Origin: Candidatus Babelota bacterium
GTDB taxonomy: Bacteria > Babelota > Babeliae > Babelales > Vermiphilaceae
Reading direction: 5' to 3'
Assembly: GCA_039809905.1 (NCBI GenBank)
Contig: JBDHVY010000001.1
Coordinates: 1,110,001-1,142,000 of the forward strand
Length of the DNA stretch: 32,000 nucleotides
The notes beneath the pieces were generated by a model. The model was not told the DNA's origin. It did no database searches and saw nothing but the letters and a program-made list of their open reading frames with translations. Positions 1-9,626 of the stretch are shown piece by piece. Position 1 is the stretch's first letter. Each line of letters begins with the position of its first letter. The position numbers and the translations under genes were made by a program.

Positions 1-1263
1 TTTAAATCTATCTTGGAAAATGAAGTAATCTTAAAACAAGAAATTGTTAAAGAGTTAGAAGAAATTAAAAATCAATACAACGATGATCGCAAAACGCGAA
101 TCGAAGGAGCTATTGATATTCTTACTGAAGCAGATCTTATTCCTGATGAAGAAGCTGTTATTACCTTAACTATGAAGGGATACGTAAAACGTGTTCCGCT
201 TACCGTATTTGGAGTACAGCGTCGTGGTGGTAAAGGTAAAATGGGATTGACTGCGCTTGAAGGTGATATTGTTCAAGACGTGTTTGTTGCAAAAGCACAT
301 GACATGTTATTGTTTTTCACTAATTTAGGTCGCGTGTATAGTTTAAATACATTTGAAGTTCCTGAGGCATCACGCGTTGCGCGTGGCAGAGCGATTGTTA
401 ACTTGTTACCATTGCAAGAAGGTGAATTTGTAGTAAAATTACTGCCTTCTCGTATTATGGAAGGTAAGTTTATGGTAATGGTTACTCGCGAAGGTATTAT
501 TAAACGTACTGATGCATCTGATTTTTCAAAAATTCGCGCAACGGGTATTCGCGCAATTACCTTGCGTGAAGGTGATGAGCTTGTCTTCTGTTCATTAAGT
601 AGCGGTGACAATACTATTGTCTTGGCTACAGCTCGAGGACAAGGAATTAGATTTAAAGAAACTGAAGTACGTTCCATGGGTCGTCAGGCAAGTGGTGTTA
701 TGGGTATTCGCGTGAAAAAAAATGATCGCGTAATTGGTATGGAAGTTATTTCTGATCATGGTGAGATTCTTTTTGCTACTGAAAAAGGTTATGGCAAAAA
801 GGTAAAGATTGAAGATTTCCGTATTGCACATCGTGGTGGTATGGGAGTAAGAACTATACCAACAACTGGTCGCAATGGTGAAGTTATTGGTTTAGCTATT
901 GTTCATGAAGATTCTAATATTTTACTCATTGATCAAGCAGGTAAAATAATTCGTCTTGCTGCCAAAGATATACGTGCGATGGGCCGTCAAGCAAAAGGTG
1001 TTCGTTTAATCAGACTTGATTCAGATCAAAAGCTTCATAATATTGTTGCATTCGAGGGCGGCGAAGCCGCGCAAGAAGGTGATGATGAAGGTGATTCCGG
1101 CATTGAAACTCGTACGTTACCTGTTGCTGAAGCTGGTGGGCAAGACGAGGGCGATGAAGATGAATTAGAAGAAGAAACAGAAGATGATGAATCTTCTGAA
1201 GATATAGAACATGACGAAGATGACAGTGATGATATCGATGAAGAAGAAGAGGTTGATTTTTAA
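1..1263 (+). CDS. gyrA: DNA gyrase subunit A, C-terminal domain (5' end lies upstream of the window)
   Basis: Frame 1 is open from base 1 (FKSILENEV...), so the Met at 13 in the ORF track is internal. GyrA-box QRRGGKGKMG is present. Repeated beta-pinwheel blade-like segments (GYVKRV..., GIIKRT..., GIRFKE..., GYGKKV..., RAMGRQAKGVRLI). Ends in a long D/E tail; stop TAA 1261-1263. Confidence 0.92.
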   Translation, partial: FKSILENEVILKQEIVKELEEIKNQYNDDRKTRIEGAIDILTEADLIPDEEAVITLTMKGYVKRVPLTVFGVQRRGGKGKMGLTALEGDIVQDVFVAKAHDMLLFFTNLGRVYSLNTFEVPEASRVARGRAIVNLLPLQEGEFVVKLLPSRIMEGKFMVMVTREGIIKRTDASDFSKIRATGIRAITLREGDELVFCSLSSGDNTIVLATARGQGIRFKETEVRSMGRQASGVMGIRVKKNDRVIGMEVISDHGEILFATEKGYGKKVKIEDFRIAHRGGMGVRTIPTTGRNGEVIGLAIVHEDSNILLIDQAGKIIRLAAKDIRAMGRQAKGVRLIRLDSDQKLHNIVAFEGGEAAQEGDDEGDSGIETRTLPVAEAGGQDEGDEDELEEETEDDESSEDIEHDEDDSDDIDEEEEVDF

Positions 1264-1266
1264 TCT

Positions 1267-2406
1267 GTGTTTAATACTCAATTTATTCTCCATCTAACGC
1301 TCATCGAGGGTATAGCTCCGAGTGTTATTCAAAAAATTATACAATCACAAAGATCTGGTGTGCAAACATCAGATCTTTACCATTTATCAGCATTTGATTG
1401 GATGAATTATTTTGGTATTTCAGAAAAATATGCACAAAAGTTAGTAGCAGGTCTTTCTGATATGACAATTCTTGAAAAAGAATTAGAACTGATACATGAA
1501 AATAAGATTCAGATAACTACTATTATCGATCAATCATATCCGGCATTATTAAAAGAAATTCATTTGCCTCCGGCGATTTTATATTACCAGGGAGGTAATT
1601 TTCCCTCAAAATCTTTAGCCGTTGTTGGTGCGCGTAAGGGTAATGAATATGGTCAACGTATTATTGATATGATAATTCCTGATCTTGTTGCTGCTGGTTA
1701 TGCGATTATAAGTGGTGGAGCGCTTGGTATTGATACCATGGCTCATCAAGCAGCATTGCGTTGTGGTGGAAAAACAATAGCAATTTTAGGTTCTGGATTA
1801 TTAAAGCCATACCCACCAACAAACAAAAAATTATTTGCTGCAATTATGGAAAGTGGCGGCATTGTTGCAAGTTCATATCCACTAAATATGGATCCATTGC
1901 CACATAACTTTCCTGCGCGTAATCGTATTGTAACTGGCTTATCGCAAGGTTGTTTGGTTGTGCAAGCGGCAAAAAAAAGTGGTGCTCTTATTTCCGCGCA
2001 TTGTGCATTAGAACAAGGCAGAGAAGTATTTGCAGTGCCGGGACCATTTGATGATGAATTAAGTTCTGGATGCAATGAAATTATTCAGCAGGGTGCAAAA
2101 TTAGTAATGAGCAGTGCTGATATATTTAATGAATTTGGTGATAAAATTGTGCATGCTGATAAACAAGCGTTTCAGCAACAAGTATTGTTTTCTCCTGCTT
2201 CATTTATTTCTTCTCAAAAAAAGTTAACAGAAATATATTCTGCTACTCAGCAAAAAATAATTCTTGTATGCAAACAACCAATGTCATTGGAAGATATTAT
2301 AAACATTACAGAATTATCTTTTGAGCAAGCTCAATCAGAATTGTTCAATTTGCAGCTTGATGGTGTTGTAATACAAGATTTTACGGGGATGTGGGTTGTT
2401 TGTTAA
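1267..2406 (+). CDS. dprA: DNA processing/protecting protein DprA (Smf)
   Basis: GTG start 3 nt after the gyrA stop. Classic DprA Rossmann-like core: LAVVGARKGNEYG...ISGGALGIDTMAHQAALRCGGKTIAILGSGLLKPYPPTNKKLF...GGIVASSYPL...PHNFPARNRIVTGLSQGCLVVQAAKKSGALISAHCALEQGREVFAVPGP, followed by a C-terminal winged-helix-like tail. Confidence 0.9.
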   Translation: MFNTQFILHLTLIEGIAPSVIQKIIQSQRSGVQTSDLYHLSAFDWMNYFGISEKYAQKLVAGLSDMTILEKELELIHENKIQITTIIDQSYPALLKEIHLPPAILYYQGGNFPSKSLAVVGARKGNEYGQRIIDMIIPDLVAAGYAIISGGALGIDTMAHQAALRCGGKTIAILGSGLLKPYPPTNKKLFAAIMESGGIVASSYPLNMDPLPHNFPARNRIVTGLSQGCLVVQAAKKSGALISAHCALEQGREVFAVPGPFDDELSSGCNEIIQQGAKLVMSSADIFNEFGDKIVHADKQAFQQQVLFSPASFISSQKKLTEIYSATQQKIILVCKQPMSLEDIINITELSFEQAQSELFNLQLDGVVIQDFTGMWVVC

Positions 2407-3355
2407 CCTGCTCAGAAAAAAGATTAGTTAACTGTTTTATAATGGTATTCAAGGTGCTCACTTCTTTCAGTTCTTTTTCTGGATTTCTTTTATTGTTAGA
2501 TGCAAATAGTCCCAACAAAAGAAACCATGGCGCGAGCATAATTGCTGACGCTGCTGCTAGACCTGGATTATTCGTATCAAAACTAAATAAACTGGATAAA
2601 CCAGAATTGTAATTTTCTGATTTGATTATAGAGACAATAATATTCATTTTTTTATGTTTACAAAGATCGATAAGTTTTAGAAATGAATAATCTTGATGAG
2701 TTAGCAGGAATGTATTCAGTTTTGTTTGATTAATTATACCAAGATTGCTCTCATAAAATTTCATAAAATCTTCATATGTTTGTTCTTGATTATCATTTAA
2801 TGAAGGTATTTCCAAAACATCAGGATACTGATTTTTTATAGTTTCAATAGAAACAGCAATTTTTTTTAGATCAGTCTTAAGTTGCTCTATTTTTACCTCA
2901 ACTGTTTTTTGTTCTCTTTCATACATGAAAAAATCATAGATTGCTCTTCCTGATTGTCGTGCAAAAGCAAAAGCTGAAAGCCCTCCAATAATGCCAGCGG
3001 TTCCCATAGAGATTTTGTCAATAATGCCCCGATAATTCTCTTGCCTTATATATTTGTTAAGATAATTTACACTTAATGCCGGACTTACCATTATTCCCGT
3101 AAATAGCGCTCTTAACAGTGTGTCGCCAACAGTTACGGTATTTTTAGTACGTATTTGTTTATATGTTTGGAACAGTTGTTCATCTAATGCTTGTCGTTTT
3201 TGTAGTAAATCATAAATTTTATCGGCGATTGAAATATCGGTTGCAGAAATTAAGGTATTATTTTTTTGATCTGAAGCTTGAGAATTGATAGAGCTTGTTA
3301 AAACTATATTGCTATAAAAAAATAAAGTGAATAAGAGTGGAATTCTTTTACTCAT
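2381..3355 (-). CDS. Hypothetical exported/membrane protein with coiled-coil-like segments
   Basis: Track ORF is 2381..3406. I prefer the Met at 3355 because MSKRIPLLFTLFFYSNIVLTSSINSQA looks like a signal peptide. Hydrophobic stretches occur mid-protein (ISMGTAGIIGGLSAFAFA) and near the C-terminus (AIMLAPWFLLLGLFA). No catalytic motif recognised. Confidence 0.55.
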   Translation of the reverse strand: MSKRIPLLFTLFFYSNIVLTSSINSQASDQKNNTLISATDISIADKIYDLLQKRQALDEQLFQTYKQIRTKNTVTVGDTLLRALFTGIMVSPALSVNYLNKYIRQENYRGIIDKISMGTAGIIGGLSAFAFARQSGRAIYDFFMYEREQKTVEVKIEQLKTDLKKIAVSIETIKNQYPDVLEIPSLNDNQEQTYEDFMKFYESNLGIINQTKLNTFLLTHQDYSFLKLIDLCKHKKMNIIVSIIKSENYNSGLSSLFSFDTNNPGLAAASAIMLAPWFLLLGLFASNNKRNPEKELKEVSTLNTIIKQLTNLFSEQVNKQPTSP

Positions 3356-3439
3356 GATATTTCCTGTATTATGACTAAAAACTTTCTTCATGCTAAAATA
3401 AAGCACTATTAAAATGCAAGTATTGATAAAAGGTCAGCT

Positions 3440-4375
3440 ATGAGGAAAAAGGTATACAACTACATGAGTGTAATTGTACTCGTGAGCATATTGTTCGTTT
3501 TTTTATATAAACAAAGACTTCATGATAATGGTCAATATAATAACTATACCATTGTTGCTACAACAAGCATGTTGGCTGATGCTGTACGCAATATCGTTGG
3601 AGATGATATGGTTGTGTATGGTCTTATGGGTTGTGGTATTGATCCTCACTTATATCGTACTCGTGAAAGTGATGTACACAAATTAGCAAATGCCGATTTA
3701 GTTATTTATAACGGATTGCATTTAGAAGGAAAAATGGGACAAGTACTTGAAGGCATGAACCGTTTTACTAAAGTTATTAACTCAAGTACAGCAATTGATA
3801 AAAGTTTATTGCGTAGAGCAGATTTTGATGAATTATATGATCCACATATTTGGTTCGATGTAACATTGTGGATATTAGTTGTTCGGTATATTCAAGATTC
3901 CATTATGCAGCTTGATGAGGATAATGCTGCTATCTATAAAAAGAATGGTGATAAGTATGTTGCGCAACTTGAACAATTGCATGAATATGTGCAGCAGCGC
4001 ATTGCGCAATTGCATCAATCACAAAGAATTTTGATTACTGCCCACGATGCATTTGGTTATTTTGGTGACGCATATGGTGTTGAAGTGGTGGGATTACAAG
4101 GCTTAAGTACCGATTCTGATATTAGTACGAGAGATATTCAACAATTAGCTGATTATATTGTAAAAAAAAAGATACCAACTATTTTTGTAGAAGCATCTAT
4201 ACCAGAACGCTCACTGCTTGCTGTGCAGCAAGCAGTTCAAGCGCAAGGTTGGCATGTTGTACTTGGCGATGAACTATATTCTGATGCGCTGGGTGATGAG
4301 GAAAGTGGAGTGGCAACTTATATAAGTATGGTCAAACATAATATTGATACAATTGTTGATGGATTGAGAAGATGA
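3440..4375 (+). CDS. Metal (Zn/Mn/Fe) ABC transporter substrate-binding protein, TroA/ZnuA/SitA family (cluster A-I)
   Basis: N-terminal hydrophobic anchor/signal. Ligand-bearing motifs GIDPHLY, YDPHIWFD, ITAHDAFGYFGDAYGVEV and ELYSDALG give a His/His/His/Asp pattern, as in TroA/ZnuA, rather than the His/His/Glu/Asp of PsaA/MntC (from memory). No His-rich ZnuA loop. Confidence 0.85.
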   Translation: MRKKVYNYMSVIVLVSILFVFLYKQRLHDNGQYNNYTIVATTSMLADAVRNIVGDDMVVYGLMGCGIDPHLYRTRESDVHKLANADLVIYNGLHLEGKMGQVLEGMNRFTKVINSSTAIDKSLLRRADFDELYDPHIWFDVTLWILVVRYIQDSIMQLDEDNAAIYKKNGDKYVAQLEQLHEYVQQRIAQLHQSQRILITAHDAFGYFGDAYGVEVVGLQGLSTDSDISTRDIQQLADYIVKKKIPTIFVEASIPERSLLAVQQAVQAQGWHVVLGDELYSDALGDEESGVATYISMVKHNIDTIVDGLRR

Positions 4376-4581
4376 GAATGATATCAACCGTTTTCTTTAT
4401 TTTAGTTTTTTCTTTTTTTTGCTGCGATGACTGTGATATCGTCCTTCCTCTGCGTAATTATATTTAAGATAAAGGCATACTATCATAACAATACCAAGTA
4501 TAATTAAACTGCTAATACTGTTAAATCCTTTAAGTGATCCAGGCTCTATATATATATAAGTTTTCAAGAGATATTCCTTAT

Positions 4582-5271
4582 TTAGCGGTACTTAAACTTA
4601 AAATTCTTTTTAAAATTATCAAAATGTTTTAATTCTTTTTTTTCAATTTCAAGCTCATTTATTTTTGTTTTAATGTGCATAATCTCAGCATCTATTTTTG
4701 CAGACTCAATTTCAAATGCTTTTCTCAGGTTTTCTATATCTGAATTGATTGATTCGATAGTAATGTTGTTTTGATCCATTTTTTCTTCTAAAAAAGTTAT
4801 TTTATCATTGTTTTCTTTAAGCTTGTTAAACCATTCTTTGCTAGCACCAAATATAGTAAAAGGAACACTAATTGGTAAAAGACCATACGCTAATAAAACT
4901 CTTCCAATTTCTCTGAAGGTCAATTCAATTCCTGCGAATATGAATGTTCCTCTATAGCGTTGAGGAGCTTGGAATGTTTTTTGAAAATGAGAAGATAGTT
5001 GATAAGAAAAAAGTTGTTCTTTTTTTAATCCATCTATTTGATGTGCTATATTACTATTTTCTTCCTTCAGTTGAGATATTTTTTCTTCTGGGCTGATTAT
5101 TTTTTCTCTATTAATTTCTAATTTTTTTTCTTGTTTCATAAAATCTTCAATATTCCATTGCAGATGCAATTGATAGAGCGATGGATAATTGATATTTTCC
5201 TGAGATAGAATAGTTCCAGAAGTTAATAGGAAAGACAATAATAGTGCAATAAATAGAGTCGGGCGAAACAT
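4582..5271 (-). CDS. Hypothetical exported coiled-coil protein with central hydrophobic hairpin
   Basis: N-terminal signal-like MFRPTLFIALLLSFLLTSGTILSQE. K/E-rich heptad-like stretches on both sides of FIFAGIELTFREIGRVLLAYGLLPISVPFTIFGA. No known domain recognised. Confidence 0.55.
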   Translation of the reverse strand: MFRPTLFIALLLSFLLTSGTILSQENINYPSLYQLHLQWNIEDFMKQEKKLEINREKIISPEEKISQLKEENSNIAHQIDGLKKEQLFSYQLSSHFQKTFQAPQRYRGTFIFAGIELTFREIGRVLLAYGLLPISVPFTIFGASKEWFNKLKENNDKITFLEEKMDQNNITIESINSDIENLRKAFEIESAKIDAEIMHIKTKINELEIEKKELKHFDNFKKNFKFKYR

Positions 5272-5618
5272 TATTTTTCCTTTGATATTGCTTGAATTTT
5301 TTAATCATGTTTTCTGTTGTAGTAATGTATGATTATGATAAAAAGCTAAAATTTATATTTATAGTTTTTATGATATATAGATTAAATATTATTTTTCAAT
5401 ATTTATTTGGCAGCAAGAATCATATCAAGATTTTTTACGAATAGCTTATTGCTTTACTGTTTTTAAGTAACAGTTTTGATATGAAATAGTATATTTCATT
5501 AAAAGAATTTGAACGAGGCTATTACGTTATGAAACGCTTAGTTGTCATTTAGGTGTTTGAATAAAATGTAGTATGTTATTCAATATGACGAGCGCAGTAT
5601 GCATTCAATAGATAAATA

Positions 5619-6341
5619 ATGAATAAAAAGAAAAATATTCAAGATCTATCAACATGGGAATTCATTGAGCATATCACAGAGAACATTGATAAAAAGATAT
5701 TGAGTTTTTCGCAAGATAGTATTGATAAGCTTCTTGTTGAAATTCATACTTTTGCACAAGACAAAGTATTTGATGAATTGTATATCATTGGGCGCGTCTT
5801 AGATCATGTTAATCGAAAAAAAGCCTATTATAACAAGCAGGTATATAATGGGGATGCGTTGAAATATATAGCGGGATGGCTGTGTGCTGTTATAATTTTA
5901 GGCTTAATACTTTATTTTATACTTATTTATTATCATTTTCCCAAAGAAAAAGAATTAAATGATTTTATAAAATGTCTTGAAAGATTTGGTATAACTATCA
6001 CTAAATGCAGTAAGCCAGCTTATCGTAGAACACATTATTATTTAGAAGTATCGGCAGTAAGGAAATATTTGTGGCAAGATGATTATTGGATGATAAAACA
6101 GCTATTGGAGCGGATGCACAAAGTTCATGGAGCTTTATATGGCTGGATCAGATCATCAATTATAATTGTGAGTGGATCCATGTTGATGGCTGTTAACATA
6201 TTATTTTCTTGTATTCGCAGCTGGTTGAGGCCATATTATAAAGAACGTCTAGAAGCTTTGTTTTCTATAGAAAAAAGATTGCGTCAGGCAGAAGATTCAT
6301 TATTTGAAGAGAAATATTTTAAAGGTAAATTAAAAAAATAG
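5619..6341 (+). CDS. Hypothetical membrane protein (two predicted TM segments)
   Basis: 240-aa ORF after a 347-bp AT-rich intergenic region. Hydrophobic segments IAGWLCAVIILGLILYFILIYY and SSIIIVSGSMLMAVNILFSCI. No motif recognised. Confidence 0.5.
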   Translation: MNKKKNIQDLSTWEFIEHITENIDKKILSFSQDSIDKLLVEIHTFAQDKVFDELYIIGRVLDHVNRKKAYYNKQVYNGDALKYIAGWLCAVIILGLILYFILIYYHFPKEKELNDFIKCLERFGITITKCSKPAYRRTHYYLEVSAVRKYLWQDDYWMIKQLLERMHKVHGALYGWIRSSIIIVSGSMLMAVNILFSCIRSWLRPYYKERLEALFSIEKRLRQAEDSLFEEKYFKGKLKK

Positions 6342-7304
6342 ATGCATATCTATGTAAGGTTGTGTATGAAGTTATTCTTTTCTATGTTCGGATTGCCATT
6401 ATATGCTTGCGTAATTTTGGTACCTTTTTGTTTTGTTGGATGTAAAAAATCTGATGATAATATACCTCATGTAGAACCAGATATTGAAAATCACTCCATA
6501 TCCTCAGTCTCACAGGTTTTCCCACAAGACTTATTATATGGAAATGTTCCCATTCATCCCTTATGTATTATAAATGCATTGCACAATAAATCTATTCAGC
6601 CCATTAGTATAGATGTTCTGGAGCCAAACTTACCTGATGAGTATGATATAAAAAATCATACTTTTTCTTACAATTTAGAAAGAAAAGAGTGCGCAGGTTC
6701 ATGGGAAGAATTGATTGAAGAAGATTTTACTCGAAGATATTACGCAAGCTACGAATATAAAGGTTCTTATCAAGATAGGCATGTGTTGGAAGCATGCCAA
6801 GAGAATTATGGATCTAGCCATGAATTGAGAAATCTTATACTTATTGAGAGAGAAAAAGATACTATTCACTGTATTGCAGATATAAAGCAGGGAGATTTTA
6901 ACGATGTAGTAGTTGAGAATAATAGATTAAGATTTGAAGATATGTTGCCTGCTGAATGTATTGATATTATAATGCCTCGAGAAGGTATTTCTGATATAGG
7001 AGAAAATATTATTTGCATTGAAAATGATCTTCCGAGATCCAAAAATGGGACATGTTTTGTGTGTTCTTATGAAGTAGATCTTGATGATCCTCTACTAAAG
7101 TTAAAACTTTGTGGAATTTCTTTTTTAGAAAAGGCTCATTATGATTATCCTCGGAATTGGCAAGATGAATGTTTTTGCACAGTTGCATTACAGTATATTG
7201 ATGAAGGCCATGAGAAATTGAATCTTATGCAAACAGAATCATTTGTAAGAGAAATTTGGGAATCTATAGCAGAAAAAATGGCTAAGAATGAAATCTCTTT
7301 ATAG
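6342..7304 (+). CDS. Hypothetical protein, possible lipoprotein
   Basis: ATG directly abuts the stop of the upstream ORF (TAG 6339-6341). An alternative start at 6366 (MKLFFSMFGLPLYACVILVPFCFVGC) gives a leader ending in a lipobox-like FVGC. The rest is Cys-rich with no recognised domain. Confidence 0.5.
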   Translation: MHIYVRLCMKLFFSMFGLPLYACVILVPFCFVGCKKSDDNIPHVEPDIENHSISSVSQVFPQDLLYGNVPIHPLCIINALHNKSIQPISIDVLEPNLPDEYDIKNHTFSYNLERKECAGSWEELIEEDFTRRYYASYEYKGSYQDRHVLEACQENYGSSHELRNLILIEREKDTIHCIADIKQGDFNDVVVENNRLRFEDMLPAECIDIIMPREGISDIGENIICIENDLPRSKNGTCFVCSYEVDLDDPLLKLKLCGISFLEKAHYDYPRNWQDECFCTVALQYIDEGHEKLNLMQTESFVREIWESIAEKMAKNEISL

Positions 7305-7360
7305 TTTTGCTTTCGAAGGTAAATTGAGTAAATTTTTGGTTTTACGTAGATGACGCAAGC

Positions 7361-7888
7361 TTACTGATTATCTACATTTATTCCCAGTTCTTCTGCCTGA
7401 TTCTCGATAGAGCGTCTATTTTTTTGTACTATTCGACTCAATAATACAATAAGGAATCGAACAAAATGTTCAAGCGGCATATCATTTTGTATGCCAAGCA
7501 AGTCGTTAGCCAATAGACGTATATTCTTTTCGTGATCAGAAAGTGTTGTTAATTCTGTGTCTTCTATTTTCAATATGTTTTGGTTTTTTTTATCAGTACG
7601 CCACAACAGCATACGAGGTACATCCGCATAAGACCAATTGCCCAAGTAAAAATACTCAAGATAATGTGTAATTATTTCTTCTTTATTTTTCGTATTTTTA
7701 ATGGTGAATTCAATTTTAGCAGCTTCGATTTTATCGTTATAATTTCCACCAGTAAAATCAATCCAATATTCGAGGTTAGTTATCGATTGTACAAGAGTGA
7801 GTAATTGCGGGTATTTTTGGAGTATACTATCTGCTGTTATAATGTTTTCTATTGTTTTACGTATATTATCTTCCGCATTGTTGTCCAA
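7361..7888 (-). CDS. Hypothetical cytoplasmic protein
   Basis: 175-aa ORF with no signal peptide and no recognised motif. Convergent with the upstream + strand ORF. Confidence 0.45.
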   Translation of the reverse strand: MDNNAEDNIRKTIENIITADSILQKYPQLLTLVQSITNLEYWIDFTGGNYNDKIEAAKIEFTIKNTKNKEEIITHYLEYFYLGNWSYADVPRMLLWRTDKKNQNILKIEDTELTTLSDHEKNIRLLANDLLGIQNDMPLEHFVRFLIVLLSRIVQKNRRSIENQAEELGINVDNQ

Positions 7889-8042
7889 AAAGTTTGCATC
7901 AGATTTATTTTTTTGTATAACTGCTTTACTGGATCAATCTCCATTTAGATTTCTTTTATTAATACCTTACTTGTGTGTTAAGTAAATTTCCCGTACGATA
8001 AAGTACAACACAATTTTATTTTGTGCTGGAGCTAAAACGTAC

Positions 8043-8801
8043 ATGAAAAATATATCACACATACCAGCGGTTGAACTATCTCATCTAAGCGTTTCTTATG
8101 GAGATAACCTTATTTTATCTGATTGTACTGTAACGATCCCCCAAGGAGTTCTTCTTGGTATCCTTGGTCCTAATGGTGCAGGAAAAACTACCTTTATTAA
8201 ATCTATTTTGGGATTAGTTCCAAAACGAGAAGGTACTATTTTTGTGCTTGGGCAGGAATTGAAAAATGTTCGTAATAAAATTGCTTATGTCTCTCAACGT
8301 AGTAGTGTTGATTGGGACTTTCCATTGACAGTTTTTGATATGGTTCTTATGGGATGTTATGGAAAATTGGGCTGGTTTAAACGACCAGGTGATGTTGAAA
8401 ACATCCAAGTGTATGAAGCGTTAGCTGCCGTAGGTTTGGAGCATTATGCGCATAAATCAATTGGAGTTTTATCTGGTGGCCAACAGCAACGAGCATTTAT
8501 AGCACGAGCATTGGTGCAAAATCCGGATGTTTATTTTTTAGATGAACCATTTGCGGGAGTTGATGCACCAGCTGAAAAAATTATTATTGAATTGTTTAAA
8601 AAATTACGTGATCAAGGAAAAACCATTATTGTGGTGCATCATGATATTTTAACCGCATCAGCATATTTTGATTGGGCATTATTATTAAATAAAAAAGTTA
8701 TTGCCTGTGGTCCGATAGAAGATGTTTTAACGCAGCCTTATTTTAATCAGATGTACGGAGAAAATTTTAGATTAAATATTTTTCATAAGATGAGTTTATA
8801 A
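8043..8801 (+). CDS. Metal ABC transporter ATP-binding protein (TroB/SitB/ZnuC-like)
   Basis: Walker A GPNGAGKTT, Q-loop VSQRS, ABC signature LSGGQQQR, Walker B VYFLDEPFAGVD, H-loop VVHHD. Confidence 0.92.
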   Translation: MKNISHIPAVELSHLSVSYGDNLILSDCTVTIPQGVLLGILGPNGAGKTTFIKSILGLVPKREGTIFVLGQELKNVRNKIAYVSQRSSVDWDFPLTVFDMVLMGCYGKLGWFKRPGDVENIQVYEALAAVGLEHYAHKSIGVLSGGQQQRAFIARALVQNPDVYFLDEPFAGVDAPAEKIIIELFKKLRDQGKTIIVVHHDILTASAYFDWALLLNKKVIACGPIEDVLTQPYFNQMYGENFRLNIFHKMSL

Positions 8802-8804
8802 GTT

Positions 8805-9626
8805 ATGTATACTCTATTGCTTGTTTTATGTGGAACTGTTCTTCTTGGTATTACATCTGGTGTATTAGGATGTTTTTCATTATTGCGGCAACAAAGTCTT
8901 CTTGGTGATGCGATATCGCATGCTGCATTGCCAGGAATTGTGATTATGTTTTTGTGTACATATAGTGCAAATCCTTGGCTACTTTTGTGTGGAGGTGTAT
9001 GTGCTGGGTTTATCGGTGTTCTCTGCATGAACTTTGTGTGTGCTCACACAAAGCTAAAAAAAGATGCCATTTTGGGAATTATTTTATCGGTGTTTTTTGG
9101 TTTAGGTCTAGTTTTGATAACTGTTGCGCAAAAAATTCCTGTTGCAAGCCAGGCAATATTAAACAAATTTTTGTTTGGTAGTGCCGCAACATTGCTGGTG
9201 CACGATATTCAGCTCATTCTTTTTGTATCGAGTTTGATTTTTTGCATACTAATTCTTCTTTGGAAAGAATCTATGTTGTATGTTTTTGATCCTAATTTCG
9301 CGCATATGATGGGTTTTAATACAAAAATGATAGAAACAATTCTTACTATTTTATTGGTGTCTGCTATTGCAATTGGATTGCAAACAGTTGGCGTAGTGTT
9401 AATGAGTACTATGCTTATTGCTCCTGCAGCGGCAGCTCGTCAATGGGTAAATAAATTATCTCATATGATGATATTAGCAGGGTTATTTGGTGCATGTTCA
9501 GCAGCTATAGGCGTATATGTAAGTTCAACAATAGATCATTTGCCAACAGGTCCTATGATTGTGATTGTTGCAAGTGTGATTGTCTTTTTTTCTTTAGCAT
9601 GTGCGCCTCGTGTGAGGCAGGCATGA
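8805..9626 (+). CDS. Metal ABC transporter permease 1 (TroC/SitC-like, ABC-3 family)
   Basis: Starts 3 nt after the ATPase stop. Polytopic hydrophobic protein with LLGDAISHAALPG, GLQTVGVVLMSTMLIAPAAAARQW motifs typical of ABC-3 permeases. Confidence 0.88.
   Translation: MYTLLLVLCGTVLLGITSGVLGCFSLLRQQSLLGDAISHAALPGIVIMFLCTYSANPWLLLCGGVCAGFIGVLCMNFVCAHTKLKKDAILGIILSVFFGLGLVLITVAQKIPVASQAILNKFLFGSAATLLVHDIQLILFVSSLIFCILILLWKESMLYVFDPNFAHMMGFNTKMIETILTILLVSAIAIGLQTVGVVLMSTMLIAPAAAARQWVNKLSHMMILAGLFGACSAAIGVYVSSTIDHLPTGPMIVIVASVIVFFSLACAPRVRQA

Noticed and set aside
273-831. Antisense ORFs 273..677 and 595..831 within gyrA
   Set aside because: They lie entirely inside a strongly supported + strand gene. 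Their products are low-complexity and no motif is recognisable. They are typical shadow ORFs.
1746-2075. Antisense ORF within dprA
   Set aside because: It is opposite the best-conserved DprA core and has no independent coding evidence.
2381-2406. 26-bp convergent overlap of the dprA and 2381..3355 3' ends
   Set aside because: Short convergent overlaps are common in compact genomes. I found no hairpin or other signal suggesting a special mechanism.
4372-4467. 31-codon ORF (MRMISTVFFILVFSFFCCDDCDIVLPLRNYI) whose ATG overlaps the binding-protein TGA stop as ATGA
   Set aside because: It could be a coupled small membrane peptide. It is too short to support, has no SD or conservation evidence, and such ORFs arise easily in AT-rich sequence.
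5272-5618. 347-bp AT-rich intergenic region considered as a replication origin or ncRNA locus (contains the small palindrome atgaaata-gta-tatttcat)
   Set aside because: I saw no cluster of DnaA-box-like 9-mers and no GC-rich structured segment. It is most simply a divergent promoter region.
9494-9622. N-terminal 43-codon extension of the second permease ORF in the track
   Set aside because: It overlaps permease 1 in another frame and encodes an implausible Cys/Arg-rich peptide. The ATG at 9623 gives a canonical ATGA-coupled start and aligns with the paralog's N-terminus.
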